A DNA stretch of 64,000 nt. Source: an uncultured Candidatus Saccharibacteria bacterium (lineage in GTDB: Bacteria; Patescibacteriota; Minisyncoccia; Phycocordibacterales; UBA918). The notes beneath the pieces were generated by a model. The model was not told where the DNA came from, did not search any database, and saw only the letters and a program-made list of their open reading frames with translations. This document shows, piece by piece, positions 50,581 to 60,100 of this stretch; position 1 is the stretch's first letter; each line of letters begins with the position of its first letter. Location of the stretch: contig CAZVFY010000002.1 in the NCBI GenBank assembly GCA_964626635.1, positions 5,300 through 69,299 on the forward strand, written 5' to 3'. Both the position numbers and the translations under genes were made by a program.

Positions 50581-50616
50581 CTTTACGAGAACTTGCCGGA
50601 ATACAAAGGTGCCATC

Positions 50617-51237
50617 ATGAAACGCTCCCACTTCTACCTCCTCGCTACCGCTATCGGCCTCCTTATCCTCCTCGCGCTATTTGCGTTGTATACAAACACC
50701 ACTGACAACAGTCCTGCTACCATTAATGCACCTGCCGGCGCAACCACCTCGCCTGCAGCCACACCCCTCTCTACCACTACCGCAGCCGGCACCTTCCTCA
50801 TCGACCCCGCCATTCCGATCGCGGAGCGTTGCACCCCCGTGACCCTCGCTTGTTTGGAGGCGCAGCCGGAGTGGGGGCCGACGATGGCGACGACCGGAAT
50901 CAAGCGGGTTAAGCCGGGGGAGTTGACGTTGTTTAATAACCGCTATGAATTGGAACGCTTTCCAGTGCCTAAGGGTAGACAACCAGAACTAAGTCCATTT
51001 GAAATGGTCGTGCGCGCAGCAGATTTTAAAGAAGAGTACTGTGCACAGTATGACGATCCAGACCTGCGTCCAGGCCAACGTTGTAACATACTGCCGTACA
51101 CCGCATATACCGAAATGGCCATTGTTTTAAAAGGTACGGAAAAAGTGGTGCACGCGTATCGCACTACAGATGAATACTCGTTGCTGTATCCGTACTGGTT
51201 AGTGATGGGGGGGCGTGGAATATTACTAGCGGCTTAG
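50617..51237 (+). CDS. signal-anchored paralog A4, C-terminally truncated by a frameshift at a G7 tract
   Basis: MKRSHFYLLATAIGLLILLALFAL plus core nearly identical to A3 at DNA level; the +1 frame downstream to 51355 encodes a family-like C-terminus (KQQYGFTIRDWSG...). Confidence 0.6.
   Translation: MKRSHFYLLATAIGLLILLALFALYTNTTDNSPATINAPAGATTSPAATPLSTTTAAGTFLIDPAIPIAERCTPVTLACLEAQPEWGPTMATTGIKRVKPGELTLFNNRYELERFPVPKGRQPELSPFEMVVRAADFKEEYCAQYDDPDLRPGQRCNILPYTAYTEMAIVLKGTEKVVHAYRTTDEYSLLYPYWLVMGGRGILLAA
51207..51213 (+). repeat. G7 homopolymer at the A4 truncation point
   Basis: atgggggggcg; G8 would extend the ORF by ~40 codons with family homology. Confidence 0.8.
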
Positions 51238-51388
51238 GTACTAAACAGCAGTACGGTTTTACAATAAGAGATTGGTCCGGCGTCCTTAACGGCTACGCCG
51301 GTTACCGAGCGACTCCTGACGATGTTTTTGTACTTACTCAATCCGTACACTGGGCAGTTTGAGTTGTATTAGTTATTACCTTTATATC

Positions 51389-51490
51389 ACTCGAACTAGA
51401 ACTGCAGCTGCCAATCGGAGCTGACGAGTTCTTGTTCTAAGCAGTACAACTGATAGCACTCGTGGCGTCCGCGCCACGGGTGGTTTTTTT
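51389..51490 (+). repeat. R3: copy of the two-hairpin repeat with no large gene upstream
   Basis: CTCGAACTAGAACTGCAGCTGCCAATCGGAGCTGACGAGTTCTTGTTCTAA...CACTCGTGGCGTCCGCGCCACGGGTGGTTTTTTT; in-frame stop 9 codons upstream of the conserved part. Confidence 0.8.
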
Positions 51491-51512
51491 GTAAAAGTGT
51501 GCTATTTTTTTT

Positions 51513-52208
51513 ATGAAACGATTCATACTCTTACTGTTAACACTAATCATATTAATGTTCGCGTTGCACTACGTTCATTACAGTAAGAAAGCCAATTTAA
51601 TGATGAGTTGGTCTGAAACTCATAATCCCGGTATCAATACCACCCTTAATGAAGAAGAGTACTGCAATTATCTATCAGCTAGTTGCTTGCAAAATCAACC
51701 TGGCTGGGATCCAACACTTGAAACCGAGACCTTTTCACGAATTAGTCCGCAGGATGTAGAAATTTTTGCCTCCGAAGTGGGGGTGTCTTCACGATCATCT
51801 TTGGTAAACGAAATACCAAACTTCGAAATAATATTGCCAAATTACGTTGAAGGCCCAGAATATTGCACACAATGGTCTTCAAGCAAGTTTTTTATCACAG
51901 AACTCAAAGGGTATGACGTGCAGTGCTCAAAGTATCGCCCGGAGCTTTATCGTGAATTTGTTGTGCGATCTACAGACACTAATGAAATTATTCATGCTTA
52001 CAGACTAAAAGATAGTTATACCTTGCTGCCTCTTATTGCTACTGTAATGGAAGGTGGTCCGGGCATAAACTATGGTAGACCAGACAAAGGAGATTTTGGG
52101 TTTAGTGTTTATAGTAGCTTGCTACTCGATGATGGGAGGAGTTTTGATTTAGTGGCTAGTTATTACATTGATGTTCTTACCGGTAAGATTATTTCAATTC
52201 CAGATTAA
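51513..52208 (+). CDS. divergent member (A5) of the signal-anchored paralog family
   Basis: MKRFILLLLTLIILMFAL anchor; shared C-terminal motifs EYCTQW, YREFVV, EIIHAYRLKDSYTLL; T8 tract at 51505-51512 just upstream of the ATG. Confidence 0.55.
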   Translation: MKRFILLLLTLIILMFALHYVHYSKKANLMMSWSETHNPGINTTLNEEEYCNYLSASCLQNQPGWDPTLETETFSRISPQDVEIFASEVGVSSRSSLVNEIPNFEIILPNYVEGPEYCTQWSSSKFFITELKGYDVQCSKYRPELYREFVVRSTDTNEIIHAYRLKDSYTLLPLIATVMEGGPGINYGRPDKGDFGFSVYSSLLLDDGRSFDLVASYYIDVLTGKIISIPD

Positions 52209-52280
52209 TTTTTGTAATATATAAATCATACATCCGCCAATCTGCTTCAAGAAAGTCAGAAAACACATTTATAAATGTGG

Positions 52281-52380
52281 ATCTAGAACTAGAACTGCAG
52301 CTGCCAATCGGAGCTGACGAGTTCTTGTTCTAAGCAGTACAACTGATAGCACTCGTGGCGTCCGCGCCACGGGTGGTTTT
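52281..52380 (+). repeat. R4: copy of the two-hairpin repeat directly upstream of trmD
   Basis: Nearly identical to R3 over ~95 nt. Confidence 0.8.
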
Positions 52381-52427
52381 CTGGTAGTTGCATTTTTCGT
52401 ATGCTACATTCTAATATATCTGCAAGT

Positions 52428-53102
52428 ATGTTGCACTTCCACCTCATCACCATTTTTCCTGATGTCTGCCGGGCGTACACCGACGCCAGTGTATTAGGGC
52501 GCGCCCAGAAAACCGATAAAGGCAAAGGTGCCAAAGTGCGCGGGCGGAAAATTACTGTGAGTTACTATAACCCCCGCGAGTATACGAATGGCAAACATAA
52601 AAAAGTCGACGACAAGCCCTACGGTGGCGGACCAGGTATGGTGATGAAAGCCGAGCCGATCATAAAGGCGTGGCAAGCGGCGGTGGGGCGCAAGCGAACA
52701 GCACAAATAAAAACGCTGATTACCTCACCGCGCGGGCGGGTGTTTGATCAGGCGATGGCCAAAGAACTGGCCGAGCAGTACGAGCACATCGTACTCATCG
52801 CTGGGCGTTACGAGGGGATCGATAGTCGTGTCGCGGCAGCATTGGATGCCGAGTACGTGTCGGTCGGGGACTACGTGCTGACCGGTGGGGAATTGCCGGC
52901 ACTAGCGATCGTTGATGCAACCGCCAGGCACGTGCAGGGTGTGTTAGGGGAGAGCGAGTCGCTTGAAGAGTCGCGTGCGACCACCGGCGAAGCGTACACC
53001 CGTCCGGAAGTCATTGAATGGAAGAAGAAAAAAATTGCTGTACCAAAGGTATTTGTGGCAGGGAATCATAAGGAGATTGAGAAGCGTCGGGCTAAACAAT
53101 AG
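52428..53102 (+). CDS. trmD: tRNA (guanine37-N1)-methyltransferase
   Basis: MLHFHLITIFPDV N-terminus; DDKPYGGGPGMVM SAM-binding motif; Lys-rich insertion near residue 30. Confidence 0.85.
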   Translation: MLHFHLITIFPDVCRAYTDASVLGRAQKTDKGKGAKVRGRKITVSYYNPREYTNGKHKKVDDKPYGGGPGMVMKAEPIIKAWQAAVGRKRTAQIKTLITSPRGRVFDQAMAKELAEQYEHIVLIAGRYEGIDSRVAAALDAEYVSVGDYVLTGGELPALAIVDATARHVQGVLGESESLEESRATTGEAYTRPEVIEWKKKKIAVPKVFVAGNHKEIEKRRAKQ

Positions 53103-53104
53103 CA

Positions 53105-53136
53105 AAGGGCGCGCCGCGAGTTTGCGGCGCGCCCAG
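53105..53136. terminator. bidirectional GC-rich hairpin between trmD and a convergent membrane-protein gene
   Basis: GGGCGCGCCGC-GAGTTTG-CGGCGCGCCC. Confidence 0.6.
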
Positions 53137-53142
53137 ACTAAT

Positions 53143-53565
53143 TCAATCTCGGTATCTACCACCTAGCAGATCTCCGATAAATATCATGAAGGCGAGTCCT
53201 AGCCAAGCGAGTCCGTCGAAGGTTAGGTAGTAGTTGTGACCAGTGACTACGGTTGGGCCTTGCCAGAAGTCCCACTGGTGTACAACATTGAACTCTAACC
53301 ATAGTAGCATTGCTGAGGCTGTGTAAGTAAACGCAAAGAAGCATAATGTCCAAAAGATACGCCACGGCCACTGCTGTTGTGTAAGTAGCACATGTAGTGG
53401 TAGCAATGCTAACGAGTGCCTTGCTACTAAAAACCAAAACTGCTGAGCGTTGTAGCTCCCCAAGTATGCTTCTACAATAAAGTGTATTGCAGTTGGCACA
53501 AGCAGAAGAGCGCCCCAAAAAATGAATGCTGGGCGCGGATCGTACTTAGAAGAGCGAGTATTCAT
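53143..53565 (-). CDS. hypothetical integral membrane protein (4 TM helices)
   Basis: Strong SD AGGAGGTGGTC-ATG; hydrophobic, Trp-rich; ATG 53565 preferred over the track's GTG 53571. Confidence 0.5.
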   Translation of the reverse strand: MNTRSSKYDPRPAFIFWGALLLVPTAIHFIVEAYLGSYNAQQFWFLVARHSLALLPLHVLLTQQQWPWRIFWTLCFFAFTYTASAMLLWLEFNVVHQWDFWQGPTVVTGHNYYLTFDGLAWLGLAFMIFIGDLLGGRYRD

Positions 53566-53917
53566 GACCACCTCCTAGTTAAGGGTCAATATAACCCTAC
53601 TAATTTCTTCATGACTGTCAACACCCTTCACTTGCATTCAATCCCATACCTGCTATAATACCCCTCACACGCTTAACGCGATCTCTCACGAGTGGGTTCT
53701 GATCTGGGGTCAACGGTTTGCGGAGGTAAAATACTGTATTTAGTCTTGTGCTGAGGCTAAATACACCAATCACACCTGTGATGTTTTTTATAATCCGGTA
53801 ACAACCGCATAACAGAGCGCGCGCAGTCCATCTGCGTGCATTTGTGTGTGTCAGTTGTGCCTAACTGTCATTCATATGTCGCAACACACTACTCCACAGG
53901 AGGTATCAGTCGGACAC

Positions 53918-56900
53918 ATGCCGCAAAAACGCTTTGAGAAAGCGCCCGCGCCTCGTATCCCACTGCCAGACCTGATCGAGCCACAACGCGAATCTTACAC
54001 ATGGTTCGTTGAAACGGCCCTGAAGGAAATCTTTACCGAGTTTTCTCCAATTGCGGACTACTCGGATAAAAAGTTCGAAATGCAATTCAAAAAGTATGAG
54101 CTCGGCGAGCCAAAGTACACGCCCGAGTTTGCCAAAGGCAACAAGCGCACGTACGAAGCGCCCCTGCGAGCCACAGTCGTCCTTAAAAACAAGACTTTTG
54201 ACTCTGAAAAAGAGCAAGAAATCTTTATGGCCGATGTGCCAGTAATGACAGCCAATGGAACGTTCATCATCAATGGGGTCGAGCGAGTGATCGTACCACA
54301 GTTGGCGCGTAGTTACGGTATTTTCTTTACTGCGGCCGAGAGCAAGGGTCGCACGTATTTTGGCGCCAAGATAATCCCCGCCCGTGGTGCCTGGGTTGAG
54401 ATCGAGTCAGAAGCAGACGGCCTGCTGTACGTTAAAATTGACCGCAAGAAAAAGTTCCCAGCCACTTCGCTATTGCGAGTCTTGGGTGTCGAGAAAGACG
54501 AAGACATGATCAAGCTGTTTGCTGATGTCGAGCGCGGCGAAGAGTACATCAAGGCAACGTTAGCAAAGGACCCAGCCAAAACTACTGACGACGCCCACGT
54601 GGAAATTTATAAACGCTTGCGTGACGGTGACCTGGCGACAGTCGATAACGCGCGCGAGTTCGTTAAAAGCATTTTTGCGCCAGAACGCTATGACCTCTCA
54701 GAAATTGGACGTCACCACTTTAATGGACGCTACGGACGCCCAACTGATAAAAAAGCGACCGACGTACGCACTGTGTCGATCGAAGATTTGAAGCTTATCC
54801 TGTCTGAGATCATCAAGAGTAACCACGACCCGATGGCGCAGCCAGACGACATCGACCACCTCGGATTCCGTCGTGTGCGGTACTTTGGTGAGATGTTGCA
54901 GCAGCGTGTACGCGTCGGTATGACTCGCATGAAGCGCAACATTCAAGACCGAATGTCGACGATCGAAGCCGAAACCAGCCTACCAATCCAGATCATCAAC
55001 CCCCGCCCACTCCAGGCGGCTATCAAAGAATTTTTCACCACCAACCAGCTGTCGCAGTTCTCGCAGCAGCAGAACATCTTGATGGAAACCGAACACCTGC
55101 GCACGCTCTCAGCCCTTGGTCCCGGTGGACTGACCCGCGAACGGGCTGGGTTCGAGGTGCGCGACGTGCACCCGTCGCACTATGGACGATTGTGTCCAAT
55201 CCAGACGCCGGAAGGGCCGAACATTGGACTAATCTTGCGTCTGACGATGTACGCTCGGGTCAACCGGTTCGGTATTATCGAGACACCTTACATGAAGGTA
55301 GAAAAAGGTAAGTTGACCGACGAAATCATCTACATGAACGCCCACGAAGAAGAGGGTCATACAATTGCGCACGCCGCTGTCGAAATCGATGATAAGGGCA
55401 AGATCAAGCCAGATTTTGTGATGGCTCGCGCCAAGGGTGAACCACGTCTGGTTGACCGCAACGAGGTAAACTACATGGACATCGCGACCAACCAACCATT
55501 CTCGGTTGCGACATCGATGATCCCATTCCTTAACCACGACGACGCCAACCGTACCTTGATGGGTTCAAACATGCAGAAGCAGTCGACCCCGTGTATTGTG
55601 CAAGAAGCACCGATCGTCGCCACTGGCGTCGAGGGAGTCGCTGCGCGAGATATCGGTCGTGTGCTGTACGCGCATGAGGCCGGCGAGGTAGTCGACGCTG
55701 ACGCACAGCAGATCATCATTAAAGAAAAGAATGGCAAGACCCGCGAATACCCTCTGACACAGCTGCAACGTACCAACGACTTCTCGGCGTTTGCGCACCG
55801 CCCCGCGGTGTCAGTCGGGCAGACCGTCAAGCGCGGTGACCTACTGGCCGACACGACCAGTACTGACAACGGACAGATTGCGGTCGGACAGAACGCGCTC
55901 GTAGCGTTTATGTCATGGTACGGTGCCAACTACGAAGACGCAATTATTATTTCAGAGCGCCTTGTCAAAAAGTCTAAGTTCTCGACCGTACACATCGAAG
56001 AGTTCGAATGTGCCGTTCGTGACACCAAATTAGGTCCAGAAGTCACCACGCCAGACATCCCGAACGTATCAGAAGCCAAGTTACGCAACCTCGACGAAAC
56101 CGGTGTGATCCGTATCGGCGCCGAAGTTCGATCAGGTGACATCATGGTTGGTAAGGTAACGCCCAAGGGTGAAACTCAATTGACTCCAGAAGAACGACTA
56201 TTGCGCAGCATCTTTGGTGAAAAGGCCAAGGATGTTAAAGATTCATCACTGCGTCTCGAGATCGGCAAGAAAGGTCGTGTCATCGGCGTCAAGATTTTCT
56301 CTCGTGAGAATGGCGACAACCTTGAATCAGGCGTGATCAAGCGTATCCACATTACCGTCGCGCAAGTGCGTAACGTTTCTGTCGGTGACAAGCTCGCTGG
56401 TCGTCACGGAAACAAGGGGGTAATCTCTCGTATCCTGCCAGAAGAAGACATGCCCTACACTGCCGACGGAACGCCGGTGGACGTGCTACTGACGCCGCTT
56501 GGTGTCCCGTCACGTATGAACCTGGGGCAGATCCTCGAGCTACACCTTGGAATGGCCGCGCATACACTGGGGTACCAGGCGATCGTGCCACCCTTTGCTG
56601 GTGCCGACGAGAATGACGTTAAAAATGAACTACAAGCAGCCGGTCTCCCCACCGACGGGAAAGTCCAGTTACGCGACGGTCTCACGGGCCAAGAATTCGC
56701 CGAAAGAACCGCGATTGGGTACATGTACATCCTCAAGCTGCACCACATGGTGGAAGACAAGATTCACATGCGATCAATCGGGCCGTACTCTCTCATCACC
56801 CAGCAGCCGCTTGGCGGTAAAGCGCAGATCGGTGGACAGCGCTTTGGGGAAATGGAAGTCTGGGCGCTCCTCGGGTATGGAGCTGCCTACACCCTACGTG

Positions 56901-57139
56901 AAATGCTCACCATCAAATCCGACGATATCGTTGGACGATCAGCGGCCTTTGACGCGATCGTGCGCGGCGAACAGATCTCGCACCCGCACACACCAGCCGC
57001 GTTCAATGTCCTCCTCAACCAGTTGCGTGGACTGGCGCTCGATGTTGATCTTGAGAAAGAAGATCGTCCTCGCCTCACGCGTCGTCGAGACGAACAATCG
57101 ACCGAAGCTTATCAGCCCACTAAACAGTCAGCTAACTAA
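53918..57139 (+). CDS. rpoB: DNA-directed RNA polymerase subunit beta
   Basis: Full RpoB architecture; N-terminus MPQKRFEKAPAPRIPLPDLIEPQRESYTWF aligns with B. subtilis RpoB; in-frame alternative start at 53876 or 53846. Confidence 0.9.
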   Translation: MPQKRFEKAPAPRIPLPDLIEPQRESYTWFVETALKEIFTEFSPIADYSDKKFEMQFKKYELGEPKYTPEFAKGNKRTYEAPLRATVVLKNKTFDSEKEQEIFMADVPVMTANGTFIINGVERVIVPQLARSYGIFFTAAESKGRTYFGAKIIPARGAWVEIESEADGLLYVKIDRKKKFPATSLLRVLGVEKDEDMIKLFADVERGEEYIKATLAKDPAKTTDDAHVEIYKRLRDGDLATVDNAREFVKSIFAPERYDLSEIGRHHFNGRYGRPTDKKATDVRTVSIEDLKLILSEIIKSNHDPMAQPDDIDHLGFRRVRYFGEMLQQRVRVGMTRMKRNIQDRMSTIEAETSLPIQIINPRPLQAAIKEFFTTNQLSQFSQQQNILMETEHLRTLSALGPGGLTRERAGFEVRDVHPSHYGRLCPIQTPEGPNIGLILRLTMYARVNRFGIIETPYMKVEKGKLTDEIIYMNAHEEEGHTIAHAAVEIDDKGKIKPDFVMARAKGEPRLVDRNEVNYMDIATNQPFSVATSMIPFLNHDDANRTLMGSNMQKQSTPCIVQEAPIVATGVEGVAARDIGRVLYAHEAGEVVDADAQQIIIKEKNGKTREYPLTQLQRTNDFSAFAHRPAVSVGQTVKRGDLLADTTSTDNGQIAVGQNALVAFMSWYGANYEDAIIISERLVKKSKFSTVHIEEFECAVRDTKLGPEVTTPDIPNVSEAKLRNLDETGVIRIGAEVRSGDIMVGKVTPKGETQLTPEERLLRSIFGEKAKDVKDSSLRLEIGKKGRVIGVKIFSRENGDNLESGVIKRIHITVAQVRNVSVGDKLAGRHGNKGVISRILPEEDMPYTADGTPVDVLLTPLGVPSRMNLGQILELHLGMAAHTLGYQAIVPPFAGADENDVKNELQAAGLPTDGKVQLRDGLTGQEFAERTAIGYMYILKLHHMVEDKIHMRSIGPYSLITQQPLGGKAQIGGQRFGEMEVWALLGYGAAYTLREMLTIKSDDIVGRSAAFDAIVRGEQISHPHTPAAFNVLLNQLRGLALDVDLEKEDRPRLTRRRDEQSTEAYQPTKQSAN

Positions 57140-57145
57140 TTTAGT

Positions 57146-60100
57146 ATGAGTGAAGCAACAACAACCAACACGGCTCCGGAAAAGAAAGAGTTCCGCAAGC
57201 CGCCAATGCAGCCGACCAACTACACTGGTGTCAGTCTCAAGCTGGCTGATCCGGCGCAGATCCTGGACTGGTCATGGGGTGAGATCACCAAACCAGAAAC
57301 CATCAACTACCGAACCCAGCGTCCTGAAAAGCACGGGTTATTCGACGAACGGATCTTTGGTCCGGTCGAAGACTACGAATGTAGCTGTAAAAAATATCGC
57401 GGTATTCGCTACAAAGGCATCATCTGTGAAAAGTGTGGCGTCGAGATCACTCGTTCGATTGTCCGGCGTGACCGCATGGGCCACATTGACCTATGTGTAC
57501 CGGTATCACACATCTGGTTCCTGCGCGGTGTCCCGTCTCGCATTGCGATGATCCTGGGGATCACTGCCAGTTCAGTCGAGAAGGTCATCTACTTTGCCGG
57601 GTACATCGTCACAAACGTATCTGAATCTGACCGCGCCCGCATTCTGGGCGAGTTAGATACAGAATTCAAGACCAAGCTGAAGTCTCTCCAGAACGAAGAT
57701 GCTCGCGAAGCGTTGCAGACCCGGGCAGACGAAACCAAAAAAGAAATTAACGCAATCCAGCAGGGTGTCGTCCTCGACGAGACCACTTTCCACAAGTACT
57801 CGATCAAATACTCGACCTTATTCGAGGCGCGCATTGGGGCCGAAGCAATCTATGACTTGTTCAAGCAAATTGATCTGCCTGAACTTGTCCAAAAACTAGA
57901 AGAGCAATACACTAAGGCCGGCGCGATGGAACGAGCCAAGCTCGACAAGCGTTTGACGCTGATTCGCGGCATGGTCACGAGCGGCGTACGTCCTGAGTGG
58001 ATGTTCCTTACCCGAATTCCAGTGGTACCACCAGCAATTCGACCGATGGTCGCGCTCGAGGGTGGGCGACATGCCTCATCAGACCTTAATGACCTGTACC
58101 GTCGCGTCATCAACCGTAACAATCGCCTCAAGAAACTGATCGACATCATGGCCCCTGACGTGATCTTGCGTAACGAAAAGCGCATCATGCAAGAGGCGGT
58201 CGACGCCCTGATCGACAACTCGATCCGACACGGTGGTGGTGCCTCTGCCATGAACACGGCGCAGCGCCGACCGTTAAAGAGTCTATCGGACTATTTAAAG
58301 AGCAAGCAAGGCTACTTCCGTCAGAATCTCCTTGGTAAGCGAGTCGACTACTCGGGACGATCAGTGATCGTCATTGGACCAGAACTTGCACTGGATGAGT
58401 GTGGTCTGCCCAAGCATATGGCGCTGGAGTTGTTCCGACCGTTTGTGATCGCCAAATTGCTTGAGCGAGAACTAGCGTACAACATCCGCGGCGCTGGGCG
58501 TCTCATTGAAGACGGCGTCCCAGAAGTGTGGGCCATTCTCGAAGAGGTAATCGGCAACCGCCACGTGCTACTCAACCGCGCGCCAACCCTTCACCGCCAA
58601 GGTATTCAGGCATTTCGACCAGTCTTGATTGAAGGTAACGCGATCCAAGTGCATCCGCTGGTATGTAAAGCCTTCAACGCTGACTTTGACGGTGACCAGA
58701 TGGCGGTACATGTGCCATTGTCAGAAGAAGCGCAGACTGAAGCTCGTGAAATCATCTCGGCAAACAACAACATCCTCAAACCTGGTTCAGGTGAACCAGT
58801 CGTATCAGAGGGGTTCATGGATATTGCACTTGGAGCGTTTTGGATGACGCACGCAATCGAAGGCGGGCACGGTGCTGGCAAGTACTTCTCATCACCAAAC
58901 GACGCTATTAACGCGTACGATTACGGTCTGATCGACTTCCGCGCCAAAATCAAGGTCCTGTCGACAGACACGCCAAAATACGCGCAATACGAAGGAGCGG
59001 TGTTCGAAACAACTGTTGGGCGACTGCTATTTAATTCTGTGTTACCGAGCGATCACGCGTTTGTGAACGCGCAGCTCGGACAGCGCGAACTGTTCGCTAT
59101 CATCATTGACCTAATTGACGAACAAGGAACTGCAATCGTGCCGAAAATGGTCGACAAGATTAAGCGTAACGGCTTCCGCTACGCGACGAAATCAGGTACA
59201 ACGTGGGGAATTGACGAAGTAGTCGTGCCAGAGGAAAAGGCGGCGATCGTCGCAGCCGCTCGTGCCGAAGAGCAAGAAATTCTCGAACACTACAACGAGG
59301 GTCTTCTAACGCGCGAAGAACGTCGTCGTTTGATCACCGCCATCTGGCACAAGACCAAAGACGCCATTGAAAAGAAAATTGAAGAGAATATGGATCCTGA
59401 AGGTTCGGCCTACACCATGTGGAAGTCTGGTGCTCGTGGTTCAATCCGCCAGATCTCACAGATGACCGGGATGAAAGGGTTGATAGTCAACACCCGCGGT
59501 GAAACGATCGAAGCACCAGTTATCTCATCATTCAAGGAAGGACTTTCACCAATCGAGTACTTCAACACCACGCACGGATCGCGTAAGGGGCTCGCCGACA
59601 CCGCCCTCCAGACGGCAAAGGCCGGATACCTCACCCGCCGACTCTTTGTTGTAGCGCAAGACGCGATCGTTACCGAGGCAGATTGTGGTACCAAAGATGG
59701 TATTACTATCAACCGCATCAGTGCATCAGGCATCGAAATCGCCTTTAGTAAAGCCATCAAAGGACGCATCCTCGCGGCTGACGCAGTCGACGCAAAGGGT
59801 AACGTGATCTTTAAGAAAGGACACCTCCTCAGTCGCGTCGACGCGATTGCGGTCGAGGGTACGACCTGTGAATCAGTCGTTGTCCGCTCGCCGATGACGT
59901 GTCGCACCATGCGCGGCGTCTGTCAGCAGTGTTATGGTGTTGATCTAACGAAAAATGCGCTGATTGATATTGGTGAAGCAGTCGGTACCATCGCGGCACA
60001 GGCCATCGGTGAACCAGGTACGCAGCTGACCATGAATACTAAGCATAAGGCTGGTACGGCGACCGCCGAAGGTGACGTTGCGCAGGGTCTGCCGCGGGTG

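Noticed and set aside
53846-53917. Longer rpoB start at 53846 or 53876
   Set aside because: Alignment with RpoB N-termini fits MPQKRFEK at 53918, and the extra N-terminal residues (MCQLCLTVIHMSQ...) have no counterpart. It is kept as an alternative because no clean -10/SD signal decides it.
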